A stretch of DNA of 64,000 nucleotides, taken from contig JAQYAY010000038.1 in assembly GCA_029338735.1 (NCBI GenBank), positions 3,669 through 67,668 on the forward strand, read 5' to 3'. A model generated the notes under the pieces. It was not told the DNA's origin. It ran no database searches and saw only the letters and a list, made by a program, of their open reading frames with translations. Positions 30,310 through 40,068 of the stretch are shown in pieces. Numbering within the stretch: position 1 is the first letter of the stretch; every line of letters begins with the position of its first letter. The translations under genes were made by a program, and so were the position numbers. This stretch comes from Lachnospiraceae bacterium. Lineage in GTDB: Bacteria; Bacillota; Clostridia; Lachnospirales; Lachnospiraceae.

Positions 30310-33300
30310 CTATTTCAAAAGGAAGCATCCTGTATATTCTTTTCCCTCATAAAATAATACTGCTCTCCTTTCTATTATTTTCATTTTTTCTGTAGCATGA
30401 ATTATGATTCTGCTGGCATCTCCAGGTACATATATCTTCTTCAACGAACCATCAGCCATTTCAGCCCTTATCATATATCCGCTGGCATCCGGATCACTGT
30501 CAAAGTAAACCACTTCCGAAGTTCCTTCATCCACAGTTCTTGAAATCGCCTGCTGAGGTCTGATATACGCTGCCTGAACCTTTTCTGAATCAATGTAAAA
30601 CTCTTTGCCATCAAGTGTCTTAAAATCTGCTCTTATGATGTATTCGTACAATCCTGTACGATCAGGAGTGTGAATATAATACCCGCTGCCATCTATGTCA
30701 TCAAGTCGCTTTTCACTCTCATCAGGAAATAATCTTCTGATCATTGTCCTGTATCCTGATGCATGCTCATCTGTTTCATACTCCAGACTATTTCCGCTGG
30801 TAGAATAGATATCTTTCTGTGCAGTCTTCTTTATTACAGGTGCCTTAAGGTCATATGTTGATTCTGTCTTTGTTTCAGACATGAGACTCTTATAGAGCCT
30901 GCCGCTCTCAACAGATCTGATACATGCATGAGCACTGAGCTCATACTGCCTTCCATCAAGCAGTCTTGCATCTGATATGACTATGTTTTCAGCATCATGA
31001 TAATCCGTATGCATTAATGCACCATTATCTGCCCTATAGAATACTCTGATATAATCAGCTGGTGACTCCTCATCGAATGTCACTCCCAGTGATCTGCATC
31101 CCTTGGCTGTATCTTTTATTACAGGTCTTCTTATGAATGCTGTTTCAATGTAGTCTGAGTAGTCAGAAGTCTCAGAAAGATCTGTCTTTCCTATCTGTGA
31201 TCCTTCACTCTTTACACGGTATTTGTATACGCTCTGCCGCTTAAGGGTCTCGTTGAATATCAGGAGGTCATCACCGGTATTTTTTACCTTTCCTGCTTCT
31301 ACCCATACGGCCATACCCTCACATACTTCACGTCTTTCAACTATATATCCTGAGGCGTTCCTGTCAGAGCGTATGGCAATCTTTACCTTGAGAGAGTCTC
31401 CTGTATCTTCGCATGAAAACTCTGTCTCTGGCTTTTCCAGAGATTCTGTCCTTGCAGTCTGTGAAAGAGTACGCACATATTTACCCTTATAGTAAAAATC
31501 TGCCGCTATGTCATAACTCATACCGGGTTTAAGGGAATCAATAACAACAGATGACTGCATTCTTTTACCAGCAGTTCTGATAATAGCAGGAACATTCACC
31601 CTGCTGCCATCAGCTGCGGTCACTGTCAGTTCTATCCTGTCTGTCTCTGACTTTAAATCCCACATCACACGAAGAGATGAAAGACCTGTCTCGACAAATA
31701 AAGGCTTGTTATGATCATCATTTTCTACTATATTTCCTGCAGTACGATTGGACAGGAATCTCTGTCTCCATTTTCTTAGATCAGAGCGATCATCATAGAG
31801 CATCTGCCTTGTCGCTTTGATGTCATCATCATTAAACTTCCATTTCTCTACAGGAGAATCACCGAAAGCCTTGTCAAGCGCTGCATCATATTCATCTTCT
31901 CTCCACACAGAGCCTGCTATCAGACTTTTCTTATTGTGAGAGTCGATATTCCTCACATATACAGGTGCACTTTTCAGTGTATCCGCTGATGAACCGCTTA
32001 ATCCACGTTTTCCATCATGAGATATATCATCTGTTGTATCTTCTGCATCTTCTGACATGATATGTGCCCTTGCCGTACAGACTGAAGTATGGCCATTATT
32101 ATCAGAGGCCCTATAATACACATTTACACTTCCGACATCACCCAGATTCTTCATGACCTCAATATCAAAAGTACTCTCAGACGGATCTGTATATACTCCT
32201 ATCTGCTCATTAGGTATGTCTCCATCACAGAGATCAGTTACATTTACTGTATCTGGATTTAACAGCCGCCTTCTTATATCATCCGGATCTGATAGCTCAT
32301 CTGCGTAGAAATAGCTGTCATACGCTGTGATTATCGGATATTCATCCCAGACAGCATATATCCTGACAACGGCCTCATCATCTTTAAATGACACATTCCC
32401 CATATCAAGCGCCTTTGCATACAGGCCAATTGAATCCCTCAGGGCATGGCCTTCACGGAAGATTCCATTATCACTGTATACTGCCTTGTCATCCAGGCTC
32501 CATCCTTCATATGCCACTGGATGAAGCAGATTATTTTTCTTTACGCTTTTCCTGAAATAATCCTTCTGATTCTTTTCCGGTCCGGTGTTTCCTGGAAAAG
32601 TGTACGCCATGACAATATTTCTTTCCTGATAGTTCTTCGCTCCATTTGTCTGACCATTTCCATCAAAAAGGAATGTAAATCTGCTGTCCCACACGCCACA
32701 GAATGTGTGATCATCCCCATAGATTCTTGTAATTCTCTCACCTGAGTATCTTTCGTCTCCATATCCTCCATCAGCATTCCTATCCCTCCATCCTGTCTGC
32801 TTCAGTCCTGCTGTGACATCCCTGCCATCATAAAAGATTCTTGATCTGTCAGTCTCATACAGATCAGATGCTACCGTGAATTCAGTCGGTTCTCTCCAGT
32901 AATATAATGTCTTTTCCGGATCTTCTGAACTGAAGTGATCGTTCTTTACTGGCAGATCAGCTTCATATGAGGCTTCCAGAAGACAAGATAAAACCAGGGT
33001 ACCTGTTCTGCCATTAGTATCCTCATCCTTATATTTACCCAGTCCTGATCTGAGACCTGCTGTATGTCCATAAACCTTATCAAACGCAAGTTCAAATCCG
33101 CTCATCTGCTCAGTAATTGATATCTTCTCTTCATCGTTTAGCCCATCATATGTCTCCTGCGAATAGTCAATACCTCCTCCTGCTCCCCATGGAGAGTATA
33201 GTTCTGCCATCACCCGTCCTGGATCTCTGTCAGTCTCTCTTGTAAGAAAAGTTCCTTTTGTTGATCCTATAAGGCTTTCTTCAGATTCATCATAAAAGAA

Positions 33301-35823
33301 ACGTACAGTATGACCCGGATTTAAATATATGACATTATGGCCCGTCGCATCAGGCTCTACCACTGAACCTGCAAGCATATAAAAGAGTCCGTTCTGAAAA
33401 ACAGCATCCTTCTTCGAATCTTTTATAGCTACATTCCTGTAATAGATCAGCTTTCCACTGTTATAAATCCCGTGTATTGCACCATCTATCTCAATCAGAT
33501 CATTTTCTTCAGTGAGCTCATCTCCCATTGTCAGATTGCCACCAAGGCAGTTCCTGATTCCGTACTCACAGGCACTGATCACAGCATTTTTCATCTGTGA
33601 TAGGCCGTAATTCATTATTCCACAGCCACATTTCCCGCTAATGCCTGAAATATCAAGGTCTGAATAAAATTCACCACGCGCAGATCTTTTGATTATTATC
33701 CCAGTTCCCTGCAGTGAAGACTTTATGCTGGTAGTTCCCTTGCCATTTATCTGGAATGGCACATGCATTGCATCATCACCATATATATTGTCAGTCTTAT
33801 TCTTGCCTGCAGAAACTCCAGTATTGCCCCCGTATATGTTTACAGCCGTCTCCGGCTCTATCATAAGATGACCATAAGTACAGACTATTCCTGAATCTGC
33901 TCCGTTTATGATACCTCCTGTCACAGTCAGCGATGATTTGATTCCATCGTCAATATCATCAAATATTCTCTCATCAGAAACAGCCTGCCTTTCTATGGCA
34001 TCGATTTCTTCATCCCCCATATCATGATAGTAATTCATTGCCTGTCTCAATGTATCCATATCTCTGGTACAATCTATGCCAGTGTCATCTGAATATATCA
34101 CAATATCATCCGGGAGTACTATCTTCTTGGAATTCCATAGACCACATGCAACTGCCCTGCTGCCAGCAGGCTGTGATTGCCATGCGCCCGAATGTCTCAC
34201 ACAGATAGTGACATCCTTTCCAATGCTGATGTCGCCATGATTCTGGATACCAGCCCCTCTCGTGCCAGCCATTCCGGAAAATGGTCCTGTCAGGACATTG
34301 ATACTGGAACTCCTCACATTGACAGTACCCTTCGTCCGGCCATTATTCTCACCATTCTTCCTGTCTGGAAGCACATGCTTTCTGAATATACTGCTATTAA
34401 ATCTCCCACTGGTCGTATCAAGTGCCTCATAAATGCCATGATATGCTGCATCATGAAATACATCAATTCCCTTGACGCCTTCTATAATGCATTCTGAAAT
34501 ATCCAGACTGCCACTGCCCCTGAAGTCAAATGCGTCCCCACAGTCACCTCTTATCAGACTCTCTGATATATCAAGAGAAGCATTGCCCTGAATATAAACG
34601 CCATTGAACCTGCCATATATACTGCTGTCTGCACTCACAGATGCACTGGCCGCATGTCCTGCATAAGAATTTATGAGTCCTAATCCTGTACCATAATATC
34701 CATCGGTACCCGTCAGCCTGTATACATCTTTATCCCCCATTCCATACAGTGTACTGGACGCTATAGCGCATCTCCCATAACGCATGACTAAAGCGCTTCT
34801 CCCAGCACTGACCTCAGAATTTATAAGAGAAAGTGTCCCGGATGTCGTACTTCGTCCATCATAGGTCTCATCAAATCCTACAAGTATTCCTACTCCTTCA
34901 GTACCTCCAGAAGCATTCTCTGTAATGTATTCTCCTCCATCGGTTGGTGTACTTATGATATCACCGGAATATGCATCCACATATATATTTTCAAGTGACA
35001 GAGATGCTCCTTCTATTACCAGAAACAGCGTTCCCTCCCCGCTTCTTTTTACTCTTCTGCCATTTCCATTTATATGAACTGTTGAAATGTCGCTTTCTGA
35101 CAGCCATTCACGCCTGTTCTTCCCATCTACGATACACTGTGCTCCATTACTGTCGATACTTCGTGTCAATGACAGATCTGGATACTTGTGCACCTTCTCG
35201 GAAAGGTCTGATGCATCTCTTATATATCTGTCTTTAGGAGTAGTGTATGATTCATTCAATGTACCAGAAGTGGTTGCAGACTCCATGGTAGTGTAATACT
35301 CAGTATGCTCTTCTCCCTTTTCATCCTTATATGTCCATGAATGTGATTCATCCCAGTAGTATGTCTGCGAATATTTTACAGTTACCTGATATTCTTCATA
35401 GTCCAGCAGATGATCAAGTCTTACTTCAGCACTGTTGCCATAAGAATTCAGCGTGATCTGTTCACTACCAGATCTGCTTCTCCCGGCCCCTGTTGATTTA
35501 ACAGGACTCATAGTCCAGCTCACAGTATCAGAATATGAGCCTGAACTCCTTCTTGGTACAGAAAATGTCATTGTCTTGCTGAATTCACCACTACCCGCAT
35601 CAACAGCAGTGACCTTTATATTTCTATGCCGTACCTGCTGAGTCAGATCTTCACGTGCCACAACGACTGCCTGTTCTGACTGTATACCCTGATCAGATAC
35701 ATCCTTCCCAGACCCCTCCGTCTCTTCAGCCATCACTTCAGATACAGGCATAGAACTGATACTGCCAATCATGAATGTACCTGCCAGAATTACTGATATG
35801 ATTCTTTTAATTACTTTTTTCAA
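30310..35823 (-). CDS. Giant secreted protein (1837 aa): Sec signal peptide, Gly-rich beta-helix-like centre, C-terminal beta-sandwich repeats
   Basis: It is an uninterrupted 5.5-kb ORF. The N-terminus is MKKVIKRIISVILAGTFMIGSISSMPVSEVMA-EE. Repeated modules recur in the C-terminal 450-500 aa or so (...DRNASGYIVERRE, DEHASGYRTMIRR, DPDASGYMIRAEM). No LPXTG and no C-terminal TM are present. Confidence 0.8.
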   Translation of the reverse strand: MKKVIKRIISVILAGTFMIGSISSMPVSEVMAEETEGSGKDVSDQGIQSEQAVVVAREDLTQQVRHRNIKVTAVDAGSGEFSKTMTFSVPRRSSGSYSDTVSWTMSPVKSTGAGRSRSGSEQITLNSYGNSAEVRLDHLLDYEEYQVTVKYSQTYYWDESHSWTYKDEKGEEHTEYYTTMESATTSGTLNESYTTPKDRYIRDASDLSEKVHKYPDLSLTRSIDSNGAQCIVDGKNRREWLSESDISTVHINGNGRRVKRSGEGTLFLVIEGASLSLENIYVDAYSGDIISTPTDGGEYITENASGGTEGVGILVGFDETYDGRSTTSGTLSLINSEVSAGRSALVMRYGRCAIASSTLYGMGDKDVYRLTGTDGYYGTGLGLINSYAGHAASASVSADSSIYGRFNGVYIQGNASLDISESLIRGDCGDAFDFRGSGSLDISECIIEGVKGIDVFHDAAYHGIYEALDTTSGRFNSSIFRKHVLPDRKNGENNGRTKGTVNVRSSSINVLTGPFSGMAGTRGAGIQNHGDISIGKDVTICVRHSGAWQSQPAGSRAVACGLWNSKKIVLPDDIVIYSDDTGIDCTRDMDTLRQAMNYYHDMGDEEIDAIERQAVSDERIFDDIDDGIKSSLTVTGGIINGADSGIVCTYGHLMIEPETAVNIYGGNTGVSAGKNKTDNIYGDDAMHVPFQINGKGTTSIKSSLQGTGIIIKRSARGEFYSDLDISGISGKCGCGIMNYGLSQMKNAVISACEYGIRNCLGGNLTMGDELTEENDLIEIDGAIHGIYNSGKLIYYRNVAIKDSKKDAVFQNGLFYMLAGSVVEPDATGHNVIYLNPGHTVRFFYDESEESLIGSTKGTFLTRETDRDPGRVMAELYSPWGAGGGIDYSQETYDGLNDEEKISITEQMSGFELAFDKVYGHTAGLRSGLGKYKDEDTNGRTGTLVLSCLLEASYEADLPVKNDHFSSEDPEKTLYYWREPTEFTVASDLYETDRSRIFYDGRDVTAGLKQTGWRDRNADGGYGDERYSGERITRIYGDDHTFCGVWDSRFTFLFDGNGQTNGAKNYQERNIVMAYTFPGNTGPEKNQKDYFRKSVKKNNLLHPVAYEGWSLDDKAVYSDNGIFREGHALRDSIGLYAKALDMGNVSFKDDEAVVRIYAVWDEYPIITAYDSYFYADELSDPDDIRRRLLNPDTVNVTDLCDGDIPNEQIGVYTDPSESTFDIEVMKNLGDVGSVNVYYRASDNNGHTSVCTARAHIMSEDAEDTTDDISHDGKRGLSGSSADTLKSAPVYVRNIDSHNKKSLIAGSVWREDEYDAALDKAFGDSPVEKWKFNDDDIKATRQMLYDDRSDLRKWRQRFLSNRTAGNIVENDDHNKPLFVETGLSSLRVMWDLKSETDRIELTVTAADGSRVNVPAIIRTAGKRMQSSVVIDSLKPGMSYDIAADFYYKGKYVRTLSQTARTESLEKPETEFSCEDTGDSLKVKIAIRSDRNASGYIVERREVCEGMAVWVEAGKVKNTGDDLLIFNETLKRQSVYKYRVKSEGSQIGKTDLSETSDYSDYIETAFIRRPVIKDTAKGCRSLGVTFDEESPADYIRVFYRADNGALMHTDYHDAENIVISDARLLDGRQYELSAHACIRSVESGRLYKSLMSETKTESTYDLKAPVIKKTAQKDIYSTSGNSLEYETDEHASGYRTMIRRLFPDESEKRLDDIDGSGYYIHTPDRTGLYEYIIRADFKTLDGKEFYIDSEKVQAAYIRPQQAISRTVDEGTSEVVYFDSDPDASGYMIRAEMADGSLKKIYVPGDASRIIIHATEKMKIIERRAVLFYEGKEYTGCFLLK

Positions 35824-35833
35824 TTAATCCCCC

Positions 35834-36445
35834 TCACTGATATACTGCAAGGCAGCTCATACCACCATTTGCATCAACAGATAACTGTTTCCACCTGACA
35901 AATGTCCTGTCTTCCACCTCTGGTGCCTTGACATTCTCAATTTTTTCATATCCCTTTGACGCTCTTCTCACATAGTACAGAAAATTTTCTCCCTCACTAT
36001 AGTCAAATCCTGAGTCTCTCGCTATCTCCCATGGAATGTAATAATTCATACAGACAGTAGGTCTCCTGCTTTCTCTTTCCACAATTGATGTCGTCTGCGC
36101 CTCTACTGTCCCCTTTTTCCCATTTGGAAAGGTATATTTTTCCGTCACATGAGCTGACAGAATCCCCTTATAGATATCTGCTGCCTTTACCTCTATCTCT
36201 ATATCCTTTCCATCGGACTTCATCTTGCCCAGAAAATTGCTGATAAAATCATCAATCAGAGCATCATTGTCTCCAATCTCATCTGTTCCTGTGATACAGG
36301 CCTTATTCAGAGACTGCCTAGCTGCTGAATCAAGGGAACGTTCCAGTTCAGCCTTCCTGATATCCCGTGAGTGAAGGCTTAATAGTATCATTATAATAAG
36401 AATAACCGATACCGCTCCTGCCAGTGAAAATACCAGCTGCTTCAT
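35834..36445 (-). CDS. Hypothetical N-terminally anchored protein of the pilus-like operon
   Basis: 203 aa. The N-terminal TM is MKQLVFSLAGAVSVILIIMILLSL. Its start overlaps the preceding stop (ATGA). Confidence 0.6.
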   Translation of the reverse strand: MKQLVFSLAGAVSVILIIMILLSLHSRDIRKAELERSLDSAARQSLNKACITGTDEIGDNDALIDDFISNFLGKMKSDGKDIEIEVKAADIYKGILSAHVTEKYTFPNGKKGTVEAQTTSIVERESRRPTVCMNYYIPWEIARDSGFDYSEGENFLYYVRRASKGYEKIENVKAPEVEDRTFVRWKQLSVDANGGMSCLAVYQ

Positions 36446-36951
36446 GCATTCCTCCTCTCAACAGCCGTGACAAATACCTGATAATCTGATACTACATGAT
36501 TGCTGTCTATCACATTCACCACAAGTCTGTAACTGCCCGGTGTATCAAACGTGAGTACCTGATCTGTTCTCGAAAGAACCTGGTCTGTCACCTCATATCC
36601 CTCATTGTCAAAATCTCCTCCCTCAAGCAGATAGACATGACTGATATGAATCTTATCTGCCCTTCCTCCATTGACCTTAATAAGAGCTGGAATACTAACC
36701 TGTCTTCCACAAATGACCAGTTCTTCTCCGGACATATCCATATTTGCTGCCGGAATATCCATATGCTTCTTAAGTGCTATCTCTGATGAAGCAAAAGACT
36801 CCTGTACAAGTGAAGTATCTATCTTACCGGTGATCACACCCAGCTTTCCTATTAGCGATAGTCCGCCAAAAATCAGTCCAATGACCAGGACCGTCACAAC
36901 CGCCGCCAGTATTGATTCCCCATATTCCTTGATTACTGTCTGCATCTGCAT
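36442..36951 (-). CDS. Pilin-like protein with a Flp-like N-terminus (169 aa)
   Basis: The N-terminus is MQMQTVIKEYGESILAAVVTVLVIGLIFGG: an EYG motif followed by a hydrophobic helix. The SD is GAAAGGGGG. Confidence 0.6.
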   Translation of the reverse strand: MQMQTVIKEYGESILAAVVTVLVIGLIFGGLSLIGKLGVITGKIDTSLVQESFASSEIALKKHMDIPAANMDMSGEELVICGRQVSIPALIKVNGGRADKIHISHVYLLEGGDFDNEGYEVTDQVLSRTDQVLTFDTPGSYRLVVNVIDSNHVVSDYQVFVTAVERRNA

Positions 36952-36970
36952 CCCCCTTTCTTTTAAAATA

Positions 36971-37078
36971 TCAGAATGATGTCACCGCATTAAGTACCAT
37001 GGCAAAAAAGCCTGTCAAAGCTATACCTGCTGCACAATAAAGTATTGCCATTCCAAAATCTGAAATCAGTATTTTCAT
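36971..37078 (-). CDS. Unannotated 35-aa hydrophobic Flp-like mini-protein
   Basis: Absent from the ORF track. ATG 37078-37076 follows AGGAGGTT by 3 nt. The product is MKILISDFGMAILYCAAGIALTGFFAMVLNAVTSF*. It fills the gap between two operon genes and shares the N-terminal motif. Confidence 0.5.
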   Translation of the reverse strand: MKILISDFGMAILYCAAGIALTGFFAMVLNAVTSF

Positions 37079-37089
37079 ATAACCTCCTG

Positions 37090-37437
37090 TCAGAGCACTG
37101 AAGATATGCTGTGTCTGGCATTATATCCTATCAGTGGTATTCTGTATGTGTAATTGAGTGTAGCCCTGCCATATGAAGGATACGAGTGCCCTTTCTGTGA
37201 CACCGAAACCACTTCCAGTGCGTCTGTGCTTTCTTCCCCAAACTGCTGTCTTGCATCAGCCTTACATGAATCTATGACTTCCTGTGAGTAATTGGAATTT
37301 TCTATTCTGCTGACGTATGACAGAAGTGCCTCATCTGCCTTTGTAGATCTGATTGATGAACCAATTATGCTGACTCCCATACAGGTAAGCACTATCAGAA
37401 AAAATATCCCCATAAAACTCTTGATTACTGTTTCCAT
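37090..37437 (-). CDS. Pseudopilin/TadE-like small protein (115 aa)
   Basis: METVIKSFMGIFFLIVLTCMGVSII shares TVIK(E/S)(Y/F) with the 169-aa protein. Confidence 0.55.
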   Translation of the reverse strand: METVIKSFMGIFFLIVLTCMGVSIIGSSIRSTKADEALLSYVSRIENSNYSQEVIDSCKADARQQFGEESTDALEVVSVSQKGHSYPSYGRATLNYTYRIPLIGYNARHSISSVL

Positions 37438-37447
37438 CTGTCACCTC

Positions 37448-38662
37448 CTACACGACGCCCCTAGCCATGCTTCCCATATATACCACAAACAGAAGCATCA
37501 TATCACAGACCAGCTTGAGTCCTCCTGTCAGCTGCGGTGCAAGGAACAATGCGTACATACCTGCAAGTGAATCCGAGTCAGCTGCCCGCTTTGCTTTATC
37601 ACTCATCTCCTGATTGCGTCTGATGATATCAGCTATCTGTCCCCTGGCTTCTCCGCCTTTTCCTTCTGAGATTGAATACAGCATCTTCATGGTTGATCTG
37701 ACTGCAGGAAGAGTAAACTCTGAGAGAAAATCTGTATACGCATTTTTATCATTTGGATTAAGCCTCAGTCGCCCTATCATTTTCTTCAGCTCAGGCTTTA
37801 TGATCTCGGGTGCGTCATCGTAGGATTTGAAAACCGCCATCTGCACATTTTCTGACTGCATCAGAAGTGATAACTGCATCAGCCATTCCGGAAAGCATGC
37901 CTTGATATACTCTGTGAGCTTCTTTTTTGCCGCCTTCTTACCCAGCTGATCAAAGAAACCATTCCCGTAATTCTCAAATCTCTCGTACTGCTTCACATAT
38001 TCTCTTTCCCTGTCGGTATCGTCAGCGAAATATCCTGCTGTGAGCTTCGAATCCGCCTTGTAGTATATAAACAGATCAAGCACCAGAACCACAACTGTGA
38101 TCACCTGAGCAAACGTATTTGCAGACACATCCAGATTCATACGTCCTGCCATATAGTAAACCATGGAGCATAACAGAAGTGAAGTAATGATGGAAAGAAC
38201 TATTTCTCTTCTCTTCACCTTTTTCTCCTGCTGAAGAGCATATACTCTGTCTGCCCACATTCGTCTGGATTCAAGAAGGAGCTCCACCGACTCACCATAT
38301 TCTCCGCCAAGCGCCTCTGTCCTCAGGGCAAATCTGTGCATCACTGTCAGTCCCTGATATGGATATCGCTTCTCTATTATCTTAAGGGCCTTTTCCTCGA
38401 AATCAGATTCATTGTATGTATTACGAATGTGATCAATTGCTGCACCTATGGTCTTTTTCATCTCACCCGGTTCGAATAGATCATAGGTATCCTCGAGCGT
38501 CGTCAGTACCTTTCTGCTCTTCATAAAAGAATACAGGAACTGTTCCATGTAAATATTGAGATCTGAAAACTTCTGCTGGTAATACCTGTTCCTGTATGTA
38601 TTCCTGATGAGCAACGGAAGTACTATCATTCCTGCCACAAATAATACAATCTGTGGTATCAC
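37448..38662 (-). CDS. Fused TadB/TadC-like (T2SS-F-like) polytopic membrane protein
   Basis: 404 aa from GTG 38662. It has two repeats, each a helical cytoplasmic domain plus TM helices. The frame stays open a further 55 codons upstream (to 38827, CTG) and encodes an extra TM helix. Confidence 0.7.
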   Translation of the reverse strand: MIPQIVLFVAGMIVLPLLIRNTYRNRYYQQKFSDLNIYMEQFLYSFMKSRKVLTTLEDTYDLFEPGEMKKTIGAAIDHIRNTYNESDFEEKALKIIEKRYPYQGLTVMHRFALRTEALGGEYGESVELLLESRRMWADRVYALQQEKKVKRREIVLSIITSLLLCSMVYYMAGRMNLDVSANTFAQVITVVVLVLDLFIYYKADSKLTAGYFADDTDREREYVKQYERFENYGNGFFDQLGKKAAKKKLTEYIKACFPEWLMQLSLLMQSENVQMAVFKSYDDAPEIIKPELKKMIGRLRLNPNDKNAYTDFLSEFTLPAVRSTMKMLYSISEGKGGEARGQIADIIRRNQEMSDKAKRAADSDSLAGMYALFLAPQLTGGLKLVCDMMLLFVVYMGSMARGVV

Positions 38663-38831
38663 ATGCAGACCGAAGAACCTCCCAAGTATAAAAAGTGCAA
38701 CTATAACGATACTGTATCTGACAACAGCTTTCTTAGGCGAAAATACATAGCCGTAAGCTGACAGTTCGTCTGACAGCCTGTTCTTTGTCTTCGTCTTTGC
38801 TTTCGATTTTTTTGAAACTCTTTTCAGAAAA

Positions 38832-40067
38832 TCACCCCCTGCTTCCTGCTTTTCCTATAAATGTCATTCCCCTTCGCATTTTCTCCTGAAATTTCCTGTC
38901 CATATCATTGCATTCCCTGCCATAGCTGACTGCCTTCTTCTCAGCAACCATGCCGGATGCTGCAGGCATGGAAGGTGCATGATAAGAGGTAAATTTCCTG
39001 ATCTGCTCCTGATCTGGCTCAGTATATACATACGGATCATCGATGTTTGCTTCTTCGAATTTCTTCTTCACCTCATCCGGGAAACAAGCGTCGGTCAGTT
39101 CACCTCCATCAAGTATCAGAAGGCACTTATTGTCTCTGCCTCTGCGGTAAAAAAAACCTACCTGATCCACATATCTCATCAGGCCACAGCTTCCATCACT
39201 TCGTGTCACAAGCTTCTTTCTGATAAGGACAGCTACATCTATAAAACTGTAAATATCGTTCTCAAGCCTTCCTTCAGATCGCAGATTCCCAGCCATATTG
39301 AGCATTCTGTCAGGAACCTTCCTCACATCGTCTGTATGAAGCGTGGTCATGCCGCGTACTCCTGTAGAAAAACCTTCCATCAGGTACACTACTTCCTTGG
39401 ATCTGGCTTCCGACAGCATCATCCACTTGGGATTGAGTCTGAGACAGGTCTTAATAGCCTTGGTGTAATCCATGACAGGATTGATCCGAAGCTCCACACT
39501 GTCGCTTCCCGGATTCAGTGCTGCATAATGCCATTCCGGGTTGTCCTCAATAGTGATGACACGTTCTGACTTCGGTATATACTGTGAAAAGAACTTCGCA
39601 CACTCGGTCTTGCCGACCCCGGGCTCTCCACAGAACACCATATTCATCTTCGCACGTACACAGTTGATCAGAAGATTGATCATCTCATCAGTCAGATAAC
39701 CGTCACGGGTCATGCCCTCCCGGGTGAGCCTCGTAAATGGCATTGACTTCCTGATGCAGATGGCTCTGCCAGAAATGGCTGCCGATTCATGAACTATGGT
39801 GATGCGAAGCGTATCTGTCTCTGCCTCCAGGACAGGCGACTGCTTATGAAACTGCTTGCTGACACAGTTGGCAACTCTTTTCGTAAAAGCAGCCACAAAA
39901 TCTTCCGGCAGCTCAGTCTCCGGCGAATACCTCTCATTTGAGGTATTCGACAGCCACAGCCGTCTCCCGTCAAAGTCTATGTCTGTAATCGAATCATCCT
40001 CTATATACTGGTACAGAGGTCCGAAGAATTCAGGCGTGATCACGACCTTCGTGGTCTCCTCCGCCAT
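38832..40067 (-). CDS. CpaF/TadA-like secretion ATPase (T2SSE/VirB11 superfamily)
   Basis: 411 aa. Walker A is GEPGVGKT. The Walker B/Asp box is WMMLSEARSKE. The His box is TTLHTDD. Confidence 0.85.
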   Translation of the reverse strand: MAEETTKVVITPEFFGPLYQYIEDDSITDIDFDGRRLWLSNTSNERYSPETELPEDFVAAFTKRVANCVSKQFHKQSPVLEAETDTLRITIVHESAAISGRAICIRKSMPFTRLTREGMTRDGYLTDEMINLLINCVRAKMNMVFCGEPGVGKTECAKFFSQYIPKSERVITIEDNPEWHYAALNPGSDSVELRINPVMDYTKAIKTCLRLNPKWMMLSEARSKEVVYLMEGFSTGVRGMTTLHTDDVRKVPDRMLNMAGNLRSEGRLENDIYSFIDVAVLIRKKLVTRSDGSCGLMRYVDQVGFFYRRGRDNKCLLILDGGELTDACFPDEVKKKFEEANIDDPYVYTEPDQEQIRKFTSYHAPSMPAASGMVAEKKAVSYGRECNDMDRKFQEKMRRGMTFIGKAGSRG

Positions 40068-40068
40068 A

